64,000 nt of DNA from Alphaproteobacteria bacterium (lineage in GTDB: Bacteria > Pseudomonadota > Alphaproteobacteria > GCA-2731375). Of the stretch, positions 1-9,348 are shown piece by piece; the stretch's first letter is position 1, and each line of letters starts with the position of its first letter. The notes below the pieces were generated by a model. The model ran no database searches. It was given only the letters and a program-made list of their open reading frames with translations, and was not told the DNA's origin. Position numbers and translations under genes: made by a program. The DNA lies in NCBI GenBank assembly GCA_016776605.1, contig JADHTB010000009.1:31453-95452 (forward strand). The letters run 5' to 3'.

Positions 1-386
1 CCTCGGTCGTGACGGAGGCCCGATTGTGTATCGGCCTCTATGTCACCGCCTTTGCCGGCGCCCTCGCCCTTGGCAGCGATCTATTGCTATGGACCTGGGT
101 CATTCCGGCCCTGCTTGGCCAGCCGTTCCTGCGCGCCTATCTGCTGGCCGAGCATACGGGCTGTGCGGAAGTGGCCGATATGTTCGTGAACACCCGCACC
201 ACATACACTTCGGCCCTGGTGCGCTTCATCGCCTGGAACATGCCCTATCACATCGAACATCACGCCCTGCAGACCGTGCCGTTCCACAAGCTGGCAGCCT
301 TCCACCGCCACACCCGGCCCTACCTGAAAGTTACCGAAAACGGCTATCTGAACGTTCACCGCAAGATTTGGGCAGGGTTGGATTAG
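1..386 (+). CDS. Fatty-acid desaturase family protein, C-terminal fragment (5' end lies upstream of the window)
   Basis: ORF 9..386 in the track begins at an internal GTG. The translation carries the third His box of membrane desaturases (HIEHH) preceded by hydrophobic segments. Stop TAG at 384-386. Confidence 0.55.
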   Translation, partial: SVVTEARLCIGLYVTAFAGALALGSDLLLWTWVIPALLGQPFLRAYLLAEHTGCAEVADMFVNTRTTYTSALVRFIAWNMPYHIEHHALQTVPFHKLAAFHRHTRPYLKVTENGYLNVHRKIWAGLD

Positions 387-1147
387 CGGAAATCGAAGCC
401 TTGCGCCTTCAGTTGCTGACGCAGATTGTCGCGCAGTTGCGGGTCGAACTTCTTGTCCATGTCATGGGTCCAGGAATCCGCCGTGGTCGCCTTGCCGATG
501 TCTTCGTAATGCGCCGCCAGGGCCGCATCATAGTCGCCCAGGGACTGCGCCACGTCGCGGTTGTCCCGCAGGCCGCCATAGCGTTCGTAATGGACCATGC
601 TGGCATAATCCATGCGCGGTTTTTGCGGCGGCGCCTCGTCCGGCCAGCCCAGGCACATACCGAACACGCAATAGACCTGTGACGGCAGACCCAACAGCTT
701 GGCCGCCGCCACCACGTCATTGCGCACCGCGCCGATCATGACGCCCTTCAGGCCGACGGACTCGGCGGCCAGATAAGCCGACATGCCCACCAGTGATGCA
801 TCGATGGAAGAGACCAGACCGATCTCCATATTATTGTTCGCGATCGTGTGGCCGTGCTTGGCCAGGGCATGTTCAATGCGTGTCAGATCGGCGCAAAAGG
901 CCAGAAACACCGGTGCTTCGATCACGTGTTTTTGGTTGCCGGTCAGCACCGCCAATTGCTCCCGGATGGCCGGATCGTGGACGACGATCACACTGTAGGA
1001 TTGGATGTTGGAGGAGGTCGGCGCGCGGAAGGCGGCATTCAGCACTTCATCGATCAGCGCCTCGGGCACCGGATCGGATTTATATTTTCTGACGCTGACG
1101 CGGTTGTTCAACAGGGCAATGGTCTCGCTGGAGTAACTCACGGACAT
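383..1147 (-). CDS. NAD(P)H-dependent oxygen-insensitive nitroreductase (NfsA-like family)
   Basis: 254-aa ORF. The N-terminal 'RVSVRKYKSDPVPEALIDEVLNAAFRAPTSSNIQ' is typical of the NfsA/FRP nitroreductase fold. High GC3 coding bias. Confidence 0.7.
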   Translation of the reverse strand: MSVSYSSETIALLNNRVSVRKYKSDPVPEALIDEVLNAAFRAPTSSNIQSYSVIVVHDPAIREQLAVLTGNQKHVIEAPVFLAFCADLTRIEHALAKHGHTIANNNMEIGLVSSIDASLVGMSAYLAAESVGLKGVMIGAVRNDVVAAAKLLGLPSQVYCVFGMCLGWPDEAPPQKPRMDYASMVHYERYGGLRDNRDVAQSLGDYDAALAAHYEDIGKATTADSWTHDMDKKFDPQLRDNLRQQLKAQGFDFR

Positions 1148-1187
1148 GGTCTCTCACTTTTTTCAGAATCGATTTTAAAGCTGGGTT

Positions 1188-2468
1188 TCAGAGCACCTTG
1201 ATGGCGCCGGCAAAGGCATCAAGGGTTTTCGCCACATCCGCCTCGTCGTGGGCCAGGGAGATGTAAAATTTGCTGTCCCCCTTCAATACGCCGCGTTCAC
1301 GCAACAGACCATTGAAGCGCTTGGCGCGGTCCAGGTCGTTGCCCTGCATGCCGCGATAGTCCTTGATATCGCCGCTGGTGAAGAAAACGTCAAACAGGGG
1401 CGGCTCGCCAATCACCTGGGCCGGGATACCGGCCTCTTGCAACAGACCGTCCAGACCCTGCATCAGCTTGGTACCGGTGGCAAAAATTTTCTCGTAGGCG
1501 CCCGGACGCTTAAGTATCGCCAACGTGGCCAGACCCGCGACGGCGGCAACGGGATTGCCGCTGAGGGTGCCGATCTGCGGCATGAAACTTTCATCAGCCA
1601 CGGCATTGCGGTCGAAATGCGCCATAATATCCGCCCGGCCCATGATGGCGGCCAGGGGAAAGCCGCCGCCGATTACCTTGCCCATGGCGCAAAGATCGGG
1701 CGTTACGCCGTAATAGGCCTGGGCCCCGCCATAGGCAAAGCGAAAGCCGGTCACCACCTCGTCAAAGATCAGGGGAATATTGTATTCGCTCGCCAGTTTC
1801 CGCAGGGCCTCCAAAAAGCCCGGCTGTGGCGGCAACAGCCTCTGGAAGGGCTCGACGATGATACCGCCCAACTCATCGTGATGTTCCCGGATCAGGCTGG
1901 CCGCGGTCTCGGCATCGTTGAACGGGGCGATCAGAACTTCATCGCGGATCCTTTGCGGGATGCCGGCGGAATCCGGCGTGGCCTGCGGAAAATTGCCGGG
2001 CCGGCTCGGCGCCATGCTCATCAAGGCGTAATCGCTCATGCCATGATAACCGCCCTCGAACTTCAGGATCTTGTCGCGCTTGCGGTGCGCGCGGGCCAGA
2101 CGCATGGCGTAAAAGGTTGCCTCGGAACCGGTCGAGACATAGCGCACCTGATCGGCGCAGGCGACGGCATCCACAATTTCCGCGGCCAACCGAATGCCCG
2201 CTTCATTGTTGGCAAAGAACGTTGTGCCGCGCAGCACCTGTTCCTGCACCGCCGCCAGCACCTCTTCGTTGCAATGGCCAACCAGCATGGGGCCGGAGCC
2301 AATCAGAAAGTCTACATATTCGTTGCCGCTGACATCCCAGACCCGTCCGCCATGGCCCTTTGCAATGACAATATCGGAAGCCAGGTTGCCAAAACCTCCC
2401 GCCGGTAGAACCCGTTGGGCCAGTTCCACCAGCGCCTGTTCGCTATCGCTACGGTTCAGCTTGTTCAT
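1188..2468 (-). CDS. Class-III (PLP-dependent) aminotransferase
   Basis: ORF 1188..2489. Start trimmed to ATG at 2468, which is preceded by GGAG. Class-III aminotransferase hallmarks: 'GGYHGMSDYAL', 'DEVVTGFRFAYGG', 'LSGNPVA'. Confidence 0.75.
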   Translation of the reverse strand: MNKLNRSDSEQALVELAQRVLPAGGFGNLASDIVIAKGHGGRVWDVSGNEYVDFLIGSGPMLVGHCNEEVLAAVQEQVLRGTTFFANNEAGIRLAAEIVDAVACADQVRYVSTGSEATFYAMRLARAHRKRDKILKFEGGYHGMSDYALMSMAPSRPGNFPQATPDSAGIPQRIRDEVLIAPFNDAETAASLIREHHDELGGIIVEPFQRLLPPQPGFLEALRKLASEYNIPLIFDEVVTGFRFAYGGAQAYYGVTPDLCAMGKVIGGGFPLAAIMGRADIMAHFDRNAVADESFMPQIGTLSGNPVAAVAGLATLAILKRPGAYEKIFATGTKLMQGLDGLLQEAGIPAQVIGEPPLFDVFFTSGDIKDYRGMQGNDLDRAKRFNGLLRERGVLKGDSKFYISLAHDEADVAKTLDAFAGAIKVL

Positions 2469-2510
2469 GTGTCTTCTCCTCGGCGACAAAAATTAAGGTC
2501 ACGCTATGGT

Positions 2511-3767
2511 CTATCTGATCATGTTTCGGGGCACGTCACGGAACGGCCGGTCGGTGTCATTGCGGGGTTCCTTGGGCATGCCCAGAACCCGTTCGGAGAT
2601 GATATTGCGCTGAATTTCGTCGGTGCCGCCGGCGATGGAAATGGCGGGCGTCGAGACCAGAATTTCCGCGATAACGCCATCCATGGGACTGTCCGTGCCC
2701 GTCAACATGGCGTCGGCGCCACTGATCAGGGTGTGTACATGGTTGCCCAGGCGCGCCACGTGGCTGGCCGCCAGTTTGCCGATGGAGCCCTCGGGCCCCT
2801 GGTTACGCCCCTGGGCCTGGGCCTCGCGGGCCCGCCGCGCCGTCCATTCCGCCGATTTGGCCAGGATCAGCAGTTTAGCGATTTCCTGGCGCACCGTCGG
2901 GTCGTCGAATTTATCCGTGGCCTTGGCCCGCTCGATCACCAGATCGACCCGGCCCATGCGCTGGGGATACCATTTATAGGGCGCCATGGCCGTGGCCAGT
3001 TCGGTGCGTTCCTCCACATAGGCCCGCTCCGGCCGGTCGGTACCCATGGCCCAGCGGCGCAGCCCGTCGGCGCCCCGGCGTTCATGCATCAAGGTCGTCG
3101 TCGCGATCTTCCAGCCATCGCCAAGGCCTTCCACCATGAATTCCGGCGCGATCTCCGCATCGGTGATAAACACCTGATTGAACGAGGCATGGCCGTTCAT
3201 TTGCCGCAGGGGCTGCACCTCGACGCCCGGCTGTTCCATATCCAATACGAAATAGGTCAACCCCTTGTGCTTTGGCACGTCCCAATCGGTCCGCGCCAGC
3301 AGCAGGCCGAATTGCGCGTGATGGGCCGAGGTCGTCCAGACCTTCTGGCCGTTGATGATCCACTTGCCGTCTTTCAGATCGGCCCGGGTTATCGCCCCCG
3401 CCAGGTCCGAGCCGCTGCCCGGTTCGCTGAACAACTGGCACCAGGTGTCTTCGCCGGTCAGGATGCGGCGCAGAAACTTCTGCTTGTGCATCTGGCTGCC
3501 GTGTTCCAGCAGGGTGGCGGCGGCCAGCATGCGAATGCCGGCCCGGGCCACGCCGATCGCGCCGATGTTCTGAAACTCTTCCTCGACCGCGGTGCCCAGC
3601 CCGCTGGACATACCCTTGCCAAACCATTCCGTCGGCCAGGTCGGCATGCCCCAGCCGGAATCCGCCAGCTTGTTACGCCATTCCACCAGGCCCTGATTTG
3701 GGTCCCAGTTGGCCTCCAGCCAAGCCCGTACGTCCGCCCGAACCAATGCTTCCGTGTCTTCGCTCAT
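2511..3767 (-). CDS. Acyl-CoA dehydrogenase family protein
   Basis: 418 aa. ACAD N-terminal, middle and C-terminal domain signatures (e.g. 'GGTDEIQRNIISERVLGMP' at the C-terminus). Confidence 0.8.
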   Translation of the reverse strand: MSEDTEALVRADVRAWLEANWDPNQGLVEWRNKLADSGWGMPTWPTEWFGKGMSSGLGTAVEEEFQNIGAIGVARAGIRMLAAATLLEHGSQMHKQKFLRRILTGEDTWCQLFSEPGSGSDLAGAITRADLKDGKWIINGQKVWTTSAHHAQFGLLLARTDWDVPKHKGLTYFVLDMEQPGVEVQPLRQMNGHASFNQVFITDAEIAPEFMVEGLGDGWKIATTTLMHERRGADGLRRWAMGTDRPERAYVEERTELATAMAPYKWYPQRMGRVDLVIERAKATDKFDDPTVRQEIAKLLILAKSAEWTARRAREAQAQGRNQGPEGSIGKLAASHVARLGNHVHTLISGADAMLTGTDSPMDGVIAEILVSTPAISIAGGTDEIQRNIISERVLGMPKEPRNDTDRPFRDVPRNMIR

Positions 3768-3787
3768 CCTACCGTTCCTCTACCTAA

Positions 3788-4918
3788 TCAATCCTGCCAG
3801 CGCTGCATCATCAGTTCCCGGTGATAACTGGGATCGCCCAGAAACACTTCGGAACTTTTCGCGCGCTTGAACCACAGATGGGTGTTGTTGTCCCAGGTGA
3901 AGCCGATACCGCCATGGATCTGGATGGCATGAATGGCGGTCTGCATATAGGCCTCCCCCGCGCCCGCCTTGGCCAGAGAGGCCATCGCCGGCAGGTCACC
4001 ATCGTCAGCGTCCGCCGCGGCGGCGGCATAGTAGGCCGCGGACTTCGCCAGCTCCACATCGATCAGCATATCCGCCGCCTTGTGCTTCAAAGTTTGAAAC
4101 GAGGCGATGGTGCGGCCGAACTGCATGCGCAGCATGGCGTAATCCAGGGCCTGCTCCCGTAGCAACTCGGCCCCGCCCACCATCTCGTTGGCCAGACAGG
4201 CTGCCGCCTGATCCAGGGTGCGGGACAGCGGTGCCGCCGCCCCGCCGGCATCGCCCAGCAGTGTGGCCGGCACGCCCTGAAACTCCAAATGGGCCAGCTT
4301 GCGTGTGCTGTCGGTGGATTGCAGCAGGCGCCGCGTCAGGCCCTCTGCCTTGCCCGGCACCGTAAAGAAGGACAGGCCGTCCTCTCCCGTTGATCCGGGC
4401 TGTCGGGCCAGGACCACCAGCAGATCGGCGGTGTGCCCGTCCAGCACGAAACTTTTGGCGCCGTCCAGCTGATAGCCGCCGTCCATGGGCGTTGCCGTCA
4501 TCGCCACGCCGGCGGCATCCCAGCGGCCATTGTCTTCCGTGAAAGCCAGGGCGGCACGGCTATCGCCGGCGGCGATGGCCGGCAACAGGTCACGCTTTTG
4601 CGCCTCATCGCCGGCATTCATGATCGCCGTTGCGGCCAGCACGATGGACGAGAAATAGGGCGCGCATAACAGCGCCCGGCCCATTTCCTCCAGCGCGATG
4701 GCCAGTTCGACAAAGCCAAAGCCCTGGCCGCCATATTCCTCGGGGATGTGGATGGCGGTCAGGCCAAGACCCTGGCTCAACTGGCGCCAGACTTCCTGGT
4801 CATAGCCGGTTTCGGTCTCCATCAGGCGCCTGACTTCCGTGGTTGGTGATTTTTCCGCCAGAAAGCGCCGCAGAACCGAGCGGAATTCCGCCTGTTCATC
4901 GGTAAAACTGAAACTCAT
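3788..4918 (-). CDS. Acyl-CoA dehydrogenase family protein
   Basis: 376 aa starting 'MSFSFTDEQAEFRSVLRRFLAEK'. C-terminal 'IQIHGGIGFTWDNNTHLWFKRAKS' is typical of ACADs. Co-oriented with the ACAD at 2511..3767 and the aminotransferase, so probably one operon. Confidence 0.8.
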   Translation of the reverse strand: MSFSFTDEQAEFRSVLRRFLAEKSPTTEVRRLMETETGYDQEVWRQLSQGLGLTAIHIPEEYGGQGFGFVELAIALEEMGRALLCAPYFSSIVLAATAIMNAGDEAQKRDLLPAIAAGDSRAALAFTEDNGRWDAAGVAMTATPMDGGYQLDGAKSFVLDGHTADLLVVLARQPGSTGEDGLSFFTVPGKAEGLTRRLLQSTDSTRKLAHLEFQGVPATLLGDAGGAAAPLSRTLDQAAACLANEMVGGAELLREQALDYAMLRMQFGRTIASFQTLKHKAADMLIDVELAKSAAYYAAAAADADDGDLPAMASLAKAGAGEAYMQTAIHAIQIHGGIGFTWDNNTHLWFKRAKSSEVFLGDPSYHRELMMQRWQD

Positions 4919-5007
4919 ATCGGTTACCTCCCTGACACCACTGTAAACTGAACAGACAAGTGGGTGAAGACTGCTATCATGGCGGCAGATTTTCCGGGAG
5001 AGATAAA

Positions 5008-6411
5008 ATGACCCAATCAGCCCTTAATCCCACTTTTATGACCGTGCATGCCCTATCCGCCGCGATCAGCGACGGCAGCCTGACCTCCACCGGCGTCGTC
5101 GAACATTGCCTGCGGCAGATCGCAGCCCATGATGGCAAACTGCACGCGTTCGTCGAAGTCTATTGGGAGGAGGCCCGTCTGGCAGCCCAGGCGGCGGATC
5201 AGGCGATCCAGTCCGGCCATCGCCTTGGCCCCCTGCACGGTATTCCCATTGCCCTGAAAGACATCATCGATATGGAGGGGCGCATCACCACGGGCGGCTC
5301 CAAGGTATGGGAGAACCGCCGTTCCCCAACCACGGCAACGGTGGCCCAGCGGCTGATCGGGGCCGGCATGATTATCATTGGCAAGACCCATTCGGTGGAA
5401 TTCGCCATGGGCGGTTGGGGCACGAATACCCACATGGGCACGCCCTGGAACCCCTGGGATATGGAGACCCATCGCACGCCGGGCGGCTCCTCCGCCGGAT
5501 CGGGCGTCGCGGTCGCAGCCGGCATGGTGCCGGCGGCCATTGGTACGGATACCGGCGGGTCCGTGCGCCTGCCCGCGTCATTTTGCGGCCTGGCGGGGTT
5601 AAAAACCACGGTCGGCCGGATCAGCCTGCACGGCATCCTGCCGCTCTCCACCACCTTGGACACGCCCGGCCCCATGACCCGCTCGGTCGAGGATGCGGCC
5701 ATGATCTATGACGTCCTCCAGGGGCCTGACCCCCTGTGGCCGCCGACCCTGGCCCACGGCACCCACGATCCGTTTTCCAGCCTGCGCCGCGGGGTCAAGG
5801 GTTTGCGCCTGGCCGCCATTTCCGCGACCGAGCGCGCCGGCGTCGATGGTCCCACCCTGGCCGCCTTCGATGCGGCGCAAGCAACATTGCGGGACCTGGG
5901 GGCCACCGTCACGGAAGTCGAGATGCCCCGGCCTTTCACCGCTTTCGCCGCCATTGCCGGCCGGATCATCGGTGCCGAGGGCTATCGTTTCGTGGGCGCC
6001 TTGACGGACGATCCGAAGCTGCCCGTCGATCCCAACGTCAGGCCGCGCATTCAACTGGGCCGGGATATCAAGGCCCATGAATATCTCGATGCCCTGGCCG
6101 AACAGCAGGCGGCTAAGGCGGAATATGCCGAGGCTATGATGGATTTCGACGCCTTGTTGCTGCCCAGTACCGAGACGCCGGCCATTCCGTTATCCCAGGT
6201 GGATGAAGGCGGCACCCCGGCGCGCTTCACCCGTGCCGGCAACTGCCTTGAATTATGTGCCCTGTCCCTGCCCAACGGCCTATCACCCGAGGGCCTGCCC
6301 ACATCCCTGCAAATCGCCTGCATGGGGCATGAAGAGGCCATGGCCCTGCGCATCGGCTGGGCCTATGAACAAGCCACCGATTGGCATCGCCAGCACCCGG
6401 CGCTGGATTAG
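5008..6411 (+). CDS. Amidase (amidase-signature family)
   Basis: ATG at 5008 is preceded by GGGAGAGATAAA. Amidase signature 'GGSSAGSGVAVAAGMVPAAIGTDTGGSVRLPASFCGLAGLKTTVGRIS'. Confidence 0.8.
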   Translation: MTQSALNPTFMTVHALSAAISDGSLTSTGVVEHCLRQIAAHDGKLHAFVEVYWEEARLAAQAADQAIQSGHRLGPLHGIPIALKDIIDMEGRITTGGSKVWENRRSPTTATVAQRLIGAGMIIIGKTHSVEFAMGGWGTNTHMGTPWNPWDMETHRTPGGSSAGSGVAVAAGMVPAAIGTDTGGSVRLPASFCGLAGLKTTVGRISLHGILPLSTTLDTPGPMTRSVEDAAMIYDVLQGPDPLWPPTLAHGTHDPFSSLRRGVKGLRLAAISATERAGVDGPTLAAFDAAQATLRDLGATVTEVEMPRPFTAFAAIAGRIIGAEGYRFVGALTDDPKLPVDPNVRPRIQLGRDIKAHEYLDALAEQQAAKAEYAEAMMDFDALLLPSTETPAIPLSQVDEGGTPARFTRAGNCLELCALSLPNGLSPEGLPTSLQIACMGHEEAMALRIGWAYEQATDWHRQHPALD

Positions 6412-6497
6412 GATCACTTTTTGGTGAGGCGGTTGCAAAGCCCGGCACGCTCTGTTCCAATCCCAACAGCAAATTTATTTAGAGGGAGCTATTCAAC

Positions 6498-6977
6498 ATG
6501 ACAGCAAAATTGGCCTCTGGTGACAGCTTTCCCAATATGTCACTGGCTCTGGTCGGGGGCGGCAGCATCGAATTGCCCTCGGACCTGAAGACCAGCTATT
6601 CCGTCATCCTGTTTTATCGCGGCCACTGGTGACCCTACTGCCGCCGGCAGTTGGTCGGCATGGAAAACGAACTGGAAACCTTGAAAAGCCTGGATGTTTC
6701 CGTCATCGCGGCCAGCATTGATGACGAGGAAAAAGCAGCCGAGGTCGCGGCCGAGCTGTCTTTTCCCGTCGCCTATGGCGTGACGCGGGCACAGGCTGAC
6801 AGCATCGACGCCTGGTGGGAAGACAGGCGCAGTATTATACAGCCCAGCGAGTTCCTGCTGAATGCGGGGCATAAGGTCATCTTTTCCACCTACAGCTCCG
6901 GCCCCCTGGGCCGTATGAACCCACCCGATGTGGTGAAGATCATTCAGTTCCTGGAAAAACAGAAACAGAGTGGCTAG
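6498..6977 (+). CDS. Prx-like (AhpC/TSA-redoxin family) selenoprotein candidate; in-frame TGA at 6630-6632 read as selenocysteine
   Basis: ATG 6498 (RBS AGAGGGAG). Translation MTAKLASGDSFPNMSLALVGGGSIELPSDLKTSYSVILFYRGHW-[TGA]-PYCRRQLVGMENELETLKSLDV... stays in frame through the TGA into ORF 6651..6977 (153 nt = 51 codons). The TGA sits at the resolving position of the conserved redoxin 'W-C-P-x-C' motif. Confidence 0.7.
6638..6650 (+). other. SECIS-like stem-loop immediately 3' of the in-frame TGA (CUGCC-GCC-GGCAG)
   Basis: Perfect 5-6 bp inverted repeat ctgccg/cggcag beginning 6 nt after the TGA. Larger alternative pairings are possible (GCCG...CGGC). Confidence 0.3.
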
Positions 6978-7058
6978 ACCGGATCAGTGTTGAGTGTTGA
7001 GTGTTGACGGGGCCGCTTTCGGGTGGTTCGATCGACCCTATTATTCTCTATTCAAGGC

Positions 7059-7163
7059 CTAGAGCATTTTCATTCTGAAAATGCTCAGATCTTTAGAATT
7101 AGAGCAATTTTTCCAATCACTTAGAATCGCTTCGCGATTCTCATTAATTCGGAATTGCTCTAG
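7059..7163. repeat. Copy 1 of a ~104-bp three-hairpin intergenic repeat (MITE/REP-like) with CTAGAGC termini
   Basis: ctAGAGCATTTTCAttcTGAAAATGCTC...AGAATCGCttcGCGATTCT...AATTGCTCTAG. Same architecture as the copies at 20471, 44549 and 49271, with compensatory base changes in hairpin arms. Overlaps the last 6 codons and stop of panC. Confidence 0.75.
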
Positions 7164-8007
7164 CGGCGACGGAAACGTTGTCTATTAGACGGGTAGCGCC
7201 CAACCAGGCGGCGGCAAATAGGCGGGATGGCCGCTGCAAATTCACGGCTGGAGCCAGGGTTTCTGCGTCACGCAGCTCGAAATAGTCAATTTTAGTGAAA
7301 CCGGATTCCGTGAGCCGTTGCAATGCCGCGGCGGTTTCAGCTTCGGGCTCGCCACGCCCTGTTTCGATGTTTTCCGCTGCCGTGCCGAGGCTGCGGAATA
7401 ACGCCGCTGCCTGTTGGCGTTCCGCCGTACCGAGATAGGCGTTGCGCGAGGAAAGCGCCAAACCGTCCTGCTCCCGCACAGTGGGGGCGCCGATGATGTC
7501 GACGGGAATGTTGAGATCCCGCACCACGCGACGGATCACCAGAAGCTGCTGGTAGTCCTTGTCGCCAAACACCGCCACGTCAGGCAATGCTTGCAGAAGC
7601 AGTTTGCTCACCACCGTGGCCACGCCGTCAAAAAACCCTGGCCGCGACAGACCGCAAAGGCAATCAGTGATCCCGGATACTGTCACATTGGTGGCAAAAT
7701 TCTCCGGATACATTTCTCCCACATCGGGGGCGAACAGCAGATCTACCCCCGCAGCCTCAAGCTTTGTCACATCGTCGGCCTCGCCCCGCGGGTACGTCGC
7801 GAAATCCTCCGATGGGCCAAACTGGGCTGGATTGACAAAAATCGTCGCGACCACCCGGTCACACGTTTCCCGTCCCTGGTGCACTAGCGACAAATGCCCC
7901 GCGTGCAATGCCCCCATTGTCGGGACAAGCGCGATTCTCTGGCCGGCGCGCCGCCACTCATCCACCTGATCGCGAAGGGTGGCCACGGTCCTTACGATGT
8001 CGAGCAT
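7144..8007 (-). CDS. panC: Pantoate--beta-alanine ligase
   Basis: 287 aa. 'PTMGALHAGHLSLV' HIGH-type motif and overall PanC collinearity. Confidence 0.9.
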   Translation of the reverse strand: MLDIVRTVATLRDQVDEWRRAGQRIALVPTMGALHAGHLSLVHQGRETCDRVVATIFVNPAQFGPSEDFATYPRGEADDVTKLEAAGVDLLFAPDVGEMYPENFATNVTVSGITDCLCGLSRPGFFDGVATVVSKLLLQALPDVAVFGDKDYQQLLVIRRVVRDLNIPVDIIGAPTVREQDGLALSSRNAYLGTAERQQAAALFRSLGTAAENIETGRGEPEAETAAALQRLTESGFTKIDYFELRDAETLAPAVNLQRPSRLFAAAWLGATRLIDNVSVAARAIPN

Positions 8008-8271
8008 TTTGATTTGTTACCTTTTGCTTCACTGTAGGCGATTGGCAAACCCCATTAACGTCTCAAAATCCCAAATTCAACCCGCCCCCCCCTGATACCG
8101 CATCAATCCGGGCCATATAGTGCGATGAGTTAGCCCGATCTGACAAAAGCAGGGGAAAAACAGGGTGACGGTAGACAATGACCCAAACACGGCTGGGTTA
8201 ATCCATAATGATACATTGCGGGGCGGGCGGATTGGGTTGAAAATGGCTCTTTCCGAAATTGGTGAACCATA

Positions 8272-9348
8272 TTGATGTCCTTGCGCCTGCAATTCCTGAT
8301 CGTCGCCCTGCTAGCCGCCGCCCTGGCCGCCGGCTGGTGGTCGCTCGACAACTGGAAAGGCGATGGAGGCGGGCAGAAGAAAGCCACAACGTCGAGCCAG
8401 ACTCTGGTGCTGGTCGAAGCGATTGAACTGACCGACGACCATATATCGCTGCGGGTCGTGGGCACCGGCAAGGCCATCCGTTCTGCCGCACTGCACCCGG
8501 CGGTGGCCGGGGAAGTGCGCGAAATTGCCTTCAAGGCGGAACAACGGGTAAAAAAAGGCCAACCCCTGATCCGCCTGGACGACAAGCATCAGCGCCTGAA
8601 GGTGCAGCTGGCGGAGGTTGCCGTCACCGAGACGAATAGACAGATGCAGCGGATGCAAAGGTTGGCCCCGTCCGGCCATGCGGCCCGCGCGCGCCTGGAT
8701 ACCGCACAGGCGGAACTGAATACGGCCAGACTGCACCTGGAACAGGCGAATGCCGAACTGCGGGACCGCACCATCTTTGCGCCGTTCACTGGCGTGATTG
8801 GCATGACCGATCTGAACCGGGGTGATCGGGTAACCGAGGATACCATGGCCGTTACCCTGGACGACCGCGCGACCATATTGGTGGAATTCAGCGTACCGGA
8901 GACCTATGCCGGCAAAATCAAAGTGGCCGATACGGTCATCGTCAGGCCATGGTCGGCGTCCGAGGGAGACATCGAGGGCAAAATTACCGCCCTGGCCAGC
9001 CGGATTGACCGAGCCACCCGTTCCCTGCGGGTGCGGGCCGAAATCGCCAATATAAATGACCGCATCCGCCCCGGCGGCTCGATCGAAGTGCGGCTTTCCT
9101 TTACCGGCAAGGCCTATCCCATTGTCCGCGAGGTTGCCGTCCTGTGGAGCCGGGACGGCGCCTATGTGTGGCGGGTGGTGGATGGCAAGGCGGACAAGGT
9201 ATTCGTCACCTTGGTACGGCGCGACAAAGGCCGTGTGTTGGTGGATGGTCCCCTCCGGCCCGGCGAATTGATCGTCGTGGAAGGCGTGCAGGGGCTGCGC
9301 CTGGGCCAAAAAGTAAAAACCGCGCCCTTCAAGGCCGGGGCGTCGTAA
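8272..9348 (+). CDS. Efflux RND transporter periplasmic adaptor (membrane fusion protein, HlyD family)
   Basis: N-terminal TM/signal segment, coiled-coil region and beta-barrel/lipoyl-like segments. Stop overlaps the start of the downstream permease (TAATG). Confidence 0.8.
   Translation: MMSLRLQFLIVALLAAALAAGWWSLDNWKGDGGGQKKATTSSQTLVLVEAIELTDDHISLRVVGTGKAIRSAALHPAVAGEVREIAFKAEQRVKKGQPLIRLDDKHQRLKVQLAEVAVTETNRQMQRMQRLAPSGHAARARLDTAQAELNTARLHLEQANAELRDRTIFAPFTGVIGMTDLNRGDRVTEDTMAVTLDDRATILVEFSVPETYAGKIKVADTVIVRPWSASEGDIEGKITALASRIDRATRSLRVRAEIANINDRIRPGGSIEVRLSFTGKAYPIVREVAVLWSRDGAYVWRVVDGKADKVFVTLVRRDKGRVLVDGPLRPGELIVVEGVQGLRLGQKVKTAPFKAGAS

Noticed and set aside
1248-3824. Long plus-strand ORFs (1248..2408, 2415..3824) overlapping the aminotransferase and ACAD genes
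   Set aside because: Opposite-strand artefacts of GC3-rich coding. Arg/Gly/His-rich translations without domain signatures. The minus-strand genes have unambiguous family motifs.
9144-9347. Upstream extension of the RND permease ORF to 9144
   Set aside because: The extension overlaps the adaptor gene in another frame. The canonical RND N-terminus (MVRLSDLPSLSVRRPTLV…) begins at ATG 9348, which overlaps the adaptor stop (TAATG).
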